From an uncultured Acidimicrobiia bacterium (lineage in GTDB: Bacteria > Actinomycetota > Acidimicrobiia > Spongiisociales > ZC4RG35), in the NCBI GenBank assembly GCA_964195405.1, contig CAXMPK010000145.1, forward strand, positions 1 through 55,924: DNA of 55,924 nt. The letters run 5' to 3'. The position numbers were made by a program, and so were the translations under genes. Of the stretch, positions 45,168 through 53,325 are shown piece after piece; positions within the stretch are counted from its first letter, which is position 1; each line of letters opens with the position of its first letter. The notes beneath the pieces are model-generated. The model was not told the DNA's origin, ran no database searches, and saw only the letters and a program-made list of their open reading frames with translations.

Positions 45168-47780
45168 ATGGTGCCAACCCTCGCTCTGATCGACGGAAAC
45201 TCGATTGCCTACCGCGCCTTCTATGCCCTCCCCGAAGATCTTGCCACCAAGTCGGGGCAGGTCACCAACGCAGTGTTTGGTTTCACTCGAATGCTGATCC
45301 GCCTGCTCAAGGATCATCATCCCGAAGGTGTCGCGGTGGCATGGGACGTTTCGCGCCAGACGTTTCGCGCCGAGCGATATCCCGAATACAAGGCGCAACG
45401 TGAGAAGGCCCCCGACCACTTTCGCAGCCAAATGCCACTCATGGACGAAGTGCTTCAGGCACTTCAGATCACCCAGATCCGTCTGGAGGGTTATGAGGCC
45501 GACGACATCATCGCCACTCTCACCCGTCAAGCAGCCGAGGATGGCTGGGAGGTCCTGATTGTGACCGGCGATCGCGATGCATTCCAACTGGTCGGCGGTC
45601 CCGTCAAAGTTCTCTACACGCGTCGGGGGATCAGCGACACCGTGCTGGCGGACGAGAGCTGGATCGAAGACCGTTACGGGATCGGGCCTTCCCAATACGT
45701 CGAATATGCTGCTCTTCGAGGCGACAACTCCGACAATCTTCCGGGTGTTCCTGGTGTTGGCGAGAAGACAGCGGCCAAACTCATCGCCGAACACGGTTCA
45801 ATCGATGGGGTCTATGCGGCGATCGGCGACATGACGCCGAAGCTCCGGGAGAACCTTGCCGGGTCGCGGGAGCAGGTGTTTCTCAACCGTGAGCTGATGG
45901 AATTGGTTGAGGATCTCGAGCTGGGCCACCCAACCTCCGACTTTGGAACCCGGGAATGGGACCGCACGGTGGTCAAGGATCTTTTCGACAGTCTCGAATT
46001 TCACACGATGTGGAGCGACCTGGAACAGGCTTTGCCGTCGACAGGGGGCGCGACCGAACTTCTAGAGGTTGAGTCGGAACTGATTACGACACCTGACCGT
46101 GTTGCGGGAATAGCAACAGAAGCCGAGCTGGTCATCGGATTGGTCATGGACGCCGGCGAGGCTTATGGCCTATCGGTGTCCACGGGACCTGGTCGAGCGG
46201 TAGTCATCCCGTTCGACGATGCCGGACCAATCCTGGAAGGCCTTGGTGAAGGGTCGATTGGTGCAGCCGGACACGACATCAAGTCGCTCGCTCGCGCTCT
46301 CTTGGTGCAAGGACACGACTTGACCAGGCCGACGATGGACACCGCTCTTGCCGCCTACATCCTCAATCCGGCGCAGCGGACATACGAACTCGAGGAGATA
46401 GCCGAACGAATGTTGAGTCTTGAGCTCGTTTCACCAGACGATGGCGAAACCGCTGGAATGCTCCCGTTTGACTCCGGTCCCGACATCGATATCGAAGGAC
46501 GCCGGGTCGAGGCGGTGCGACGACTTGTCGAGCTGCTCAACGCCGAGCTTGAGACGCGAGACGAGTCGACCCTATTTGCCCAGTTCGAACTCCCACTGGT
46601 CCCGGTTCTGGCCCGGATGGAACATGCCGGCATTGGTGTCGATCGTCCCTATCTCGAAGAGATGGGGGACGACCTCCGCAAGCGAATCGGGGAGCTAGAA
46701 CTTCAGATTCACCAGCTCGCCGGCGAGCCGTTCAATGTCAATTCAACTGATCAGCTCCGGACGATCCTCTTCGACAAGCTGGAGTTGCCTGTAACCAAGA
46801 AGACTTCAACTGGTAAACCATCCACCGACGCGTCGGTTTTGAAGAAGCTGGACCACCCCCTGGTCACTGCTCTCCTTGATTATCGAGAACTGGAGAAGCT
46901 TCGCTCGACTTATGTTGATGGCTACCTGCCGTTGATCGACGCCGATGGGCGAATTCGCACCCGTTTCAACCAGATGGCGGCCACCACAGGACGTCTCTCC
47001 TCCGACAGTCCCAATCTCCAGAACATCCCGGTCCGCTCGGAATCAGGCATGACGGTGAGACGTGCCTTCATCGCCGGCCGGGGGAACGAGTTTCTGGTGG
47101 CCGACTACTCACAGATCGAGTTGAGAGTTCTTGCCCACATGAGCGGCGACCCGTTTCTCATCGACGCGTTCCGGAGTGGTCTCGATATACACACCGCAAC
47201 GGCTGCTCGGGTCTGGGATCAACCACCCGAGGATGTGACGACCCAGCAACGCCGGACTGCCAAGATGATCAACTTTGGCCTCCTCTATGGGATGGAAGCC
47301 TTCGGACTGGCTGATCGGCTAAACATTTCGCGCGAGGAGGCCCAAGAGCATATTGACTCGTACTTCTCCCAGTTTCACCATGTCAAGGAGTACATGGCGT
47401 CGATGGTGACACTGGCCCGCAACGAGGGCTACACCACAACGCTCTTCGGGCGCCGTCGATATTTGCCCGAATTGAAATCTGACAACTTCCGGATCAGGCA
47501 GATGGGAGAGCGGATGGCGCTCAACGCTCCCGTTCAAGGCACAGCCGCTGACATCATCAAGAAGGCGATGATCGACCTTGACGCCGAGTTGCGCGTCGAG
47601 AAGTTGGCTTCAACACTGCTTCTCCAGATTCACGACGAGCTGATCCTCGAGGTGCCTGTGGAGGAGAAGGTCTTAGCTGAGAAGATGGTGGTTGAGACCA
47701 TGGAAGGTGTCGCCGGTTTGGATGTCCCTCTGAAGGTTGATGTGGCTTGGGGTGCAGATCTGGCCAGCGTGAAGGTGTGA
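45168..47780 (+). CDS. polA: DNA polymerase I
   Basis: LIDGNS..YRAFYA, YEADD, GDNSDNLPGVPGVGEKTA, TGRLSS..PNLQNIP, ADYSQIELR, AK.INFG..YG, QIHDEL. Confidence 0.98.
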   Translation: MVPTLALIDGNSIAYRAFYALPEDLATKSGQVTNAVFGFTRMLIRLLKDHHPEGVAVAWDVSRQTFRAERYPEYKAQREKAPDHFRSQMPLMDEVLQALQITQIRLEGYEADDIIATLTRQAAEDGWEVLIVTGDRDAFQLVGGPVKVLYTRRGISDTVLADESWIEDRYGIGPSQYVEYAALRGDNSDNLPGVPGVGEKTAAKLIAEHGSIDGVYAAIGDMTPKLRENLAGSREQVFLNRELMELVEDLELGHPTSDFGTREWDRTVVKDLFDSLEFHTMWSDLEQALPSTGGATELLEVESELITTPDRVAGIATEAELVIGLVMDAGEAYGLSVSTGPGRAVVIPFDDAGPILEGLGEGSIGAAGHDIKSLARALLVQGHDLTRPTMDTALAAYILNPAQRTYELEEIAERMLSLELVSPDDGETAGMLPFDSGPDIDIEGRRVEAVRRLVELLNAELETRDESTLFAQFELPLVPVLARMEHAGIGVDRPYLEEMGDDLRKRIGELELQIHQLAGEPFNVNSTDQLRTILFDKLELPVTKKTSTGKPSTDASVLKKLDHPLVTALLDYRELEKLRSTYVDGYLPLIDADGRIRTRFNQMAATTGRLSSDSPNLQNIPVRSESGMTVRRAFIAGRGNEFLVADYSQIELRVLAHMSGDPFLIDAFRSGLDIHTATAARVWDQPPEDVTTQQRRTAKMINFGLLYGMEAFGLADRLNISREEAQEHIDSYFSQFHHVKEYMASMVTLARNEGYTTTLFGRRRYLPELKSDNFRIRQMGERMALNAPVQGTAADIIKKAMIDLDAELRVEKLASTLLLQIHDELILEVPVEEKVLAEKMVVETMEGVAGLDVPLKVDVAWGADLASVKV

Positions 47781-47794
47781 GCGGCGGTTATCGC

Positions 47795-47824
47795 TTGGCT
47801 ATTGGGCCAGCAGGTGCGTACACT
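47795..47824 (+). promoter_or_regulatory. Putative housekeeping promoter of rpsA
   Basis: TTGGCT-18 nt-TACACT, about 60 nt upstream of the ATG. Confidence 0.55.
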
Positions 47825-47886
47825 TCTTGGCGCCTGTGCGGCCCCGCGCTGCCAGAGTTCCGTTTTGAGAGGTAATCACCCACACA

Positions 47887-49518
47887 ATGTCCAATGAGCA
47901 AGAGACCGCGCCTGAAACGGCTTCCGAGACGGAGGCCGCCGCTTCCGAAAAGGAAGTAACGGCTTCAAAAGAAGCTGCGGCGCCCGAGACGTCAACCGGA
48001 GAGATCCCGGTTGATAACAGCAACGCCGTCGAAATCCCAGCAGATGATTCCACGGCCACGGAAACACCCGTGTCCGAAAATGGATCCGAAGATCCAATCG
48101 CACCCGAAGAGCAGTCTTCCACCGAAGAAGCCAGTGCCGAAGCCATAGTTTCCGAGGAGACTCCCGCGGTCGTGGAGCCCGGATCGGGCGCAGAGGCTTC
48201 CGAGGAGGCCCTGTCGGACTCCCAGCCCCAACGCGTAATTTCACGCGAGGCGAAGGTCGCACCTGATCTCAGTCAGCTCCCCGACGACATCGGCGACGAC
48301 TTCGAAAGAGCCATCGATGCCACGGTTCTTCAGTTCAAAGAGGGTGACATCGTCGAGGGCTCGGTTGTCAGTGTCGATGCCGAGGGCGCGATGGTTGACA
48401 TTGGATACAAGTCCGAAGGGCTGATCCCGGTACGCGAGCTGTCAATCCGAAATAACGTTGATCCAAAGGGTGTAGTTGCCGTTGGAGACCGTGTTGAGGC
48501 TGTCGTTCTCGATATGGAGGACGACGAGGGTCGGATGATTCTTTCTAAGAAGCGTGCCATGTACGAGCGGGCTTGGGGACGCATTCAGGAAGTCTCCGAT
48601 GCTGACGGCACCGTGGAAGGAACGGTTATCGAGGTAGTCAAGGGTGGCCTCATCGTGGACATAGGGCTCCGTGGGTTCCTCCCTGCTTCCCTTGTCGATC
48701 TGCGTCGGGTGCGTGATCTCGATCCCTTCATTGGCGACACCATCACGGCGAAGGTCATCGAATTGGACCGACAGAGAAATAACGTTGTTCTCTCTCGTCG
48801 CGCGTATCTTGAAGAAGCATTGGCCGAAGAGCGAAGTGGTTTTCTCGACAATCTTCAGGAGGGCGAGGTCCGGGAGGGAACTATTTCGTCGGTGGTCAAT
48901 TTTGGCGCTTTTGTCGATCTGGGGGGTATGGACGGTCTGGTCCATGTGTCAGAGTTGTCCTGGCAGCACGTCAACCACCCGGGAGAATTGGTAAAGGTTG
49001 GCGACCGGGTCACTGTGAAGGTTCTCGAGGTCGATCGTGATCGCGAACGCATCTCGCTTTCGATTCGTCAGACCTCCGATGACCCTTGGAACGTGTTTGC
49101 TGAAGCTCACGAGATCGGAGACGTCGTCGAAGGAACCGTCACCAAGACGGTCCCGTTTGGCGCTTTTGTCTCGGTTGCTGAAGGCGTTGAGGGTCTTGTC
49201 CATGTGTCGGAAATCGCAATGCACCGGGTGGAATCACCCGAGTTGGAGCTCTCGATTGGCCAGACGGCCAACGTAAAGATCACCGAGAAGGACGACGAGC
49301 GTCGCCGGGTCTCACTCTCCATCAAACAGGCGTTGCCCGACTATCAGGAGCGTAAAGACCGTGCGGATGCCCAGAAAAAGCCTGGTGGTCCACGCAAACC
49401 GCGCGAGTTCGAACGGGAGTTCGGCGCCGACGCTGAGGAGCATCCGCCCATGCCCGTAGACGCGAGTCTCGAGGCCATTCTCAAAGAGCTCAAAGAGCGG
49501 GGCATCGGCCGTCGTTGA
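47887..49518 (+). CDS. rpsA: 30S ribosomal protein S1 with an acidic N-terminal extension
   Basis: Four S1 domains: GDIVEG.V..VDIGYKSEG, KGGLIVDIGLRGFLPAS, FGAFVDLGGMDGLVHVSE, FGAFV..GVEGLVHVSE. Confidence 0.96.
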   Translation: MSNEQETAPETASETEAAASEKEVTASKEAAAPETSTGEIPVDNSNAVEIPADDSTATETPVSENGSEDPIAPEEQSSTEEASAEAIVSEETPAVVEPGSGAEASEEALSDSQPQRVISREAKVAPDLSQLPDDIGDDFERAIDATVLQFKEGDIVEGSVVSVDAEGAMVDIGYKSEGLIPVRELSIRNNVDPKGVVAVGDRVEAVVLDMEDDEGRMILSKKRAMYERAWGRIQEVSDADGTVEGTVIEVVKGGLIVDIGLRGFLPASLVDLRRVRDLDPFIGDTITAKVIELDRQRNNVVLSRRAYLEEALAEERSGFLDNLQEGEVREGTISSVVNFGAFVDLGGMDGLVHVSELSWQHVNHPGELVKVGDRVTVKVLEVDRDRERISLSIRQTSDDPWNVFAEAHEIGDVVEGTVTKTVPFGAFVSVAEGVEGLVHVSEIAMHRVESPELELSIGQTANVKITEKDDERRRVSLSIKQALPDYQERKDRADAQKKPGGPRKPREFEREFGADAEEHPPMPVDASLEAILKELKERGIGRR

Positions 49519-49532
49519 CCTGGCGCACTGAC

Positions 49533-49577
49533 AACTCGGAAGGGCTCTCCTGTCTTGGGCCCCTTCCTTTGAGTTTC
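49533..49577 (+). terminator. Putative intrinsic terminator after rpsA
   Basis: Imperfect GGAAGGGC/GCCCCTTCC stem followed by TTTGAGTTT; outer AACTC/GAGTT pairing. Confidence 0.55.
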
Positions 49578-49615
49578 CCATGGGCCCCTCTACCCATAAA
49601 TTTATGTCTGAAGTC

Positions 49616-49641
49616 CTCAAGACTCACGAGGACACGCCGAA
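49616..49641 (+). promoter_or_regulatory. FliA/WhiG (sigma28-family)-type promoter upstream of the tad operon
   Basis: CTCA-N16-GCCGAA (CTCAAGACTCACGAGGACACGCCGAA). Confidence 0.6.
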
Positions 49642-49763
49642 TATTCACTTTGTGATATTGGACTTGAAATTCCAGACGGGCATGCGCCTGTCGGTATTAT
49701 GCCTTCAGTCAGTCGCCGTCAGGTTGACGGTGAGTAGCCGAGGGGACAACCGAAGGGGACTCA

Positions 49764-50750
49764 ATGGGTAGGAGAGCCATCGTTCTTCTAGTGGCCTTGA
49801 TATTGGCCGGCCTCGCCGCCTGGGCGGTGTGGGCCTTCCTGCAAGACGTCGCGGACGAAGCCGCAGCAGGACAGGAGATAGTTACCGTCTTTGTGGCGGG
49901 TAGTAATGGGATAGCCGAGGGCGCCGCAGGCAACATCCTGGTGTCGGGTTATGACTCCGACGGCCGCTGTCAAGATGCGGACGTGGTCCTTGCAGATGCT
50001 GCGAATTGCACGGTTAAGAAGGACACTGATCAGCGAGAAGATGTTCCTGAAGATGTGATCGATTCCGAGGAGAAACTCCGTCAGGTCCTCAACGGTAAAG
50101 TCGCGGCCGGCCCTGTCTCGGCTGGTTCAATTTTGACTGCCGCCCAGTGGGTAGCGGTCACGGTCGATGTGATTCCCCTCTCCGAACAGATTCCGTCTGG
50201 TAAGCAGGCCATCACTATCAGCACAGGAAATGTGCAGGGAGTCAACGGATTCGTCGAGGCGGGCGACCGTATCAACATGATCATCACGCTCGACATCGAG
50301 TTCGAGCAGATCCCTGTCGACTTCGGAGGTGTGACCCTTCCGGATGTAGGCACTGGAGAGGATGATGGGACGACCGAGACGGCAGAGACCCAGACGGTTG
50401 TGGTGACCTACACTCGCTATGTGTTGCAGGGTTTGCCAGTTCTGGCGGCTGGTCGTGAAGTGAGGCCCGATGAAGATGCCCCGCCGACCGTCGACGCCGG
50501 CACGGAGGAAATCGAAGGTGAAGAGGCCCCCCCTGCTGAAGACCCCGCCAACTCGACAGTGTTCACTCTCGAGGTAACTCCCGATCAGGCTGAGAGGATC
50601 GTGTATGCCTTTGAGAATGGTTCAATCTGGCTGACCCTGGTGCCGACAGACTTCGTAGAGGTCGAGACCGACGGTGTTGTCATTGACAATCTGTTCGGTG
50701 GCGATCTGATCGAAGAGATCTTCGGCAACCTCGAGACAACCACTCCCTAG
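49764..50750 (+). CDS. cpaB: Flp pilus assembly protein CpaB/RcpC
   Basis: N-terminal TM, SAF-like region, IPSG..AITI....GV.GFV.AGDR, TLEVTP.QAE.I. Confidence 0.88.
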   Translation: MGRRAIVLLVALILAGLAAWAVWAFLQDVADEAAAGQEIVTVFVAGSNGIAEGAAGNILVSGYDSDGRCQDADVVLADAANCTVKKDTDQREDVPEDVIDSEEKLRQVLNGKVAAGPVSAGSILTAAQWVAVTVDVIPLSEQIPSGKQAITISTGNVQGVNGFVEAGDRINMIITLDIEFEQIPVDFGGVTLPDVGTGEDDGTTETAETQTVVVTYTRYVLQGLPVLAAGREVRPDEDAPPTVDAGTEEIEGEEAPPAEDPANSTVFTLEVTPDQAERIVYAFENGSIWLTLVPTDFVEVETDGVVIDNLFGGDLIEEIFGNLETTTP

Positions 50751-50761
50751 AGGTCAATCGA

Positions 50762-51955
50762 ATGTCAATGGCTGAACACAATCTTCTGGTTGTAGACCAG
50801 GATGACGACTTTGTCTCAACAGCGAAGGAGCTGTTTGAGGGCAGACTCCCTGTCGCGCGCACCATTGAAGAGGCCAGCCACAACATCGAAGCGAGTGATG
50901 TGCGAATGGTCCTTCTCGGTCCGTCGTATAACGACGACGCTGCGATGGAACAGATCCGGATCTTGCACAATCAGGACCCGGCCCTGATCCTGATGTTGGT
51001 CGCCGAAGAGGTAACTGCTGATCTGCTGCGGAAAGGCATGAGAGCCGGTGTTTCCGATGTCCTCGAGGCTCCCCTGGATGAGCCCAAGATCGAAGCGGCG
51101 ATCGAGCAGTTTGCTCATGACATTCTGAATCGCGAAACGGCGGGCGCTGCCGCACCTCCGAGTGAAGTTGGGATCGAGGGGTCCAAAAAGGGTCGGATCA
51201 TCACGATCACTTCGGCCAAGGGTGGGAGTGGTAAGACAGTACTCGCCACCAACGTCGCTCTTCTTCTGAATCGAATTCCGGATGTCAAGGTTTGTCTTGT
51301 GGATGCTGACCTTCAGTTTGGAGACGTTTGCCTCGTCCTCCAGCTAGAACCGCGATACACAATGGTGAACGCCTCCCACGAGTTGCATCATCTAGACGGC
51401 GAATTGCTCGATTCGTTGTTGACCGAACATCCCACTGGATTGAAGGTCCTGGCGGCTCCCCTCGAGCCGGCATTTGCCGATGACATCACAACTGCCGGCC
51501 TGATGCAGATGCTCGACGTCCTTCAAGACGGCTTCGACTATGTGGTTGTCGACACGGCCTCGATGCTAGACGAGCTGATCCTGTCGCTTATTGAGAAGTC
51601 TGATGACATTCTGATGTTGGTGGACATGGATCTGCCGTCTGTCAAGAACGCCAAGCTGGCTTTGGAGACATTGCGGCTGCTGAAGTTCAGCACGTCAAAC
51701 GTTCAGGTTGTTATGAACAGAAGCAATTCAAAAGCCAAACTCGACAACAAGGAAATCGAGGGAGCCTTGAAAATGGGGATTTCGGCCGCGGTTCCGTCGG
51801 ATGCGATGGTGGCCGCTTCGGTCAATGAGGGACGTCCTGTGGTGGAGACCGATCCCAAATCGAAAGTAGCCAAGGGGTTTGAGTCTGTTGCCGAGCTGAT
51901 CGCGGGAAAGATCCCTGAGGAAACAACCAAGTCCGGCCTATTCGGTCGTAAATAG
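50762..51955 (+). CDS. cpaE: CpaE/TadZ-like protein (receiver-like domain plus MinD/ParA ATPase)
   Basis: MRAGVSDVL, SAKGGSGKT, VDADLQFGD, YVVVDT, N.G.P. Confidence 0.88.
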   Translation: MSMAEHNLLVVDQDDDFVSTAKELFEGRLPVARTIEEASHNIEASDVRMVLLGPSYNDDAAMEQIRILHNQDPALILMLVAEEVTADLLRKGMRAGVSDVLEAPLDEPKIEAAIEQFAHDILNRETAGAAAPPSEVGIEGSKKGRIITITSAKGGSGKTVLATNVALLLNRIPDVKVCLVDADLQFGDVCLVLQLEPRYTMVNASHELHHLDGELLDSLLTEHPTGLKVLAAPLEPAFADDITTAGLMQMLDVLQDGFDYVVVDTASMLDELILSLIEKSDDILMLVDMDLPSVKNAKLALETLRLLKFSTSNVQVVMNRSNSKAKLDNKEIEGALKMGISAAVPSDAMVAASVNEGRPVVETDPKSKVAKGFESVAELIAGKIPEETTKSGLFGRK

Positions 51956-51969
51956 GGAAGGGGTAGGCA

Positions 51970-53325
51970 TTGCCGTCGCTATCTGAAAGAGTTGCACAAG
52001 CACGACAAGTTGAGACGACCGACCCTACGGCGAACCGTACGGACGCACTGGGGGAGCTTCGAGGGCGACTCCATTTCAAAGTTGTTGAAGAACTCGGTCC
52101 CACTCTCTATGACCGGGGCATGTCTGATGCCGAGCTACGGCTTCGAGTGCTGGAAATGTTGGAGTGGGCCGTTGACCAGGAGCAGGGAGTCCCACTCACC
52201 TCGGCTGATCGGCGGGCGCTGCTCAACGAGATTGCGTCCGACGTGCTTGGGTATGGGCCGATCGATCCGCTGCTCAACGACCCGGAAATCACGGAAGTGA
52301 TGGCCAACGGGCCCTATGACGTGTTCCTTGAAAAGAACGGAAAGATCGTCAAGTCCGACGTCCGTTTTGTGGACGAGGTTCATCTGCGTCGAATCATCGA
52401 TAAGATCGTGGGCCAGATTGGTCGTCGTGTCGACGAGGCGACACCAATGGTTGATGCCCGTCTTCCCGATGGTTCTCGTGTCAACGCCATCATCGCCCCA
52501 CTGGCAATCGGGGGGCCATATCTCACAATTCGCAAGTTTGCCGTTGATCCCTTCCAGGAAGCGGATCTGATCAGCTTTGGAACGATGACCCAACGTACCG
52601 CTGACTTCCTACGGGCATGTGTAAGGGGACGGTTGAACATCATCATTTCGGGCGGTACCGGCTCCGGCAAGACCACAACGCTGAACGTGGTGTCGGCATA
52701 CATCCCTGGCGATGAGCGCATCGTGACTGTCGAAGACGCTGCCGAGCTTCAACTTCACCAGGAGCACGTGCTCACCCTTGAATCCCGCCCGGCCAACATC
52801 GAAGGCCAGGGAGAGATTGCGATTAGAGATCTGGTGAAGAACACATTGCGCATGCGTCCTGACCGCATCGTAGTTGGGGAGGTTCGTGACGCGGCTGCCC
52901 TGGACATGCTTCAGGCGATGAACACCGGTCACGATGGTTCATTGACAACGGTTCACTCCAACAGCCCCCGTGACACTTTGTCTCGCATAGAGACGATGGT
53001 CCTGATGGCTGGTTTTGACCTTCCGATCAAGGCCATTCGCGAACAGGTCTCGTCGGCGGTCAACCTGATTGTCCACGTGTCCCGGCTCAGGGATGGAACT
53101 CGACGTATCACTCATGTGACAGAAGTCGAGGGTATGGAGGGCGAGATCATCACACTTCAGGATCTGTTCCTCTTTGATTTCGGAATGGGTGTCGACGACG
53201 ACGGCGTATACAAGGGCCGTCTCAAAGCAACGGGAATCAGGCCGACATTCTCGGAGGACCTGGAGGACCAGGGGATTCGTCTCCCGTCGGACCTGTTTGA
53301 TCCCGAGCCGTTCGCCCGGAGATAA
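51970..53325 (+). CDS. cpaF: Tad pilus ATPase CpaF/TadA
   Basis: VDARLPDGSRVN, SGGTGSGKTT, EDAAEL, LRMRPDRIVVGEVR, AMNTGHDGS. Confidence 0.96.
   Translation: MPSLSERVAQARQVETTDPTANRTDALGELRGRLHFKVVEELGPTLYDRGMSDAELRLRVLEMLEWAVDQEQGVPLTSADRRALLNEIASDVLGYGPIDPLLNDPEITEVMANGPYDVFLEKNGKIVKSDVRFVDEVHLRRIIDKIVGQIGRRVDEATPMVDARLPDGSRVNAIIAPLAIGGPYLTIRKFAVDPFQEADLISFGTMTQRTADFLRACVRGRLNIIISGGTGSGKTTTLNVVSAYIPGDERIVTVEDAAELQLHQEHVLTLESRPANIEGQGEIAIRDLVKNTLRMRPDRIVVGEVRDAAALDMLQAMNTGHDGSLTTVHSNSPRDTLSRIETMVLMAGFDLPIKAIREQVSSAVNLIVHVSRLRDGTRRITHVTEVEGMEGEIITLQDLFLFDFGMGVDDDGVYKGRLKATGIRPTFSEDLEDQGIRLPSDLFDPEPFARR

Noticed and set aside
49645-49763. c-di-GMP riboswitch in the tad leader
   Set aside because: The class-I GGCAAAC/GAAA/GACGCAAAG pattern is absent. 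Only one simple hairpin is visible.
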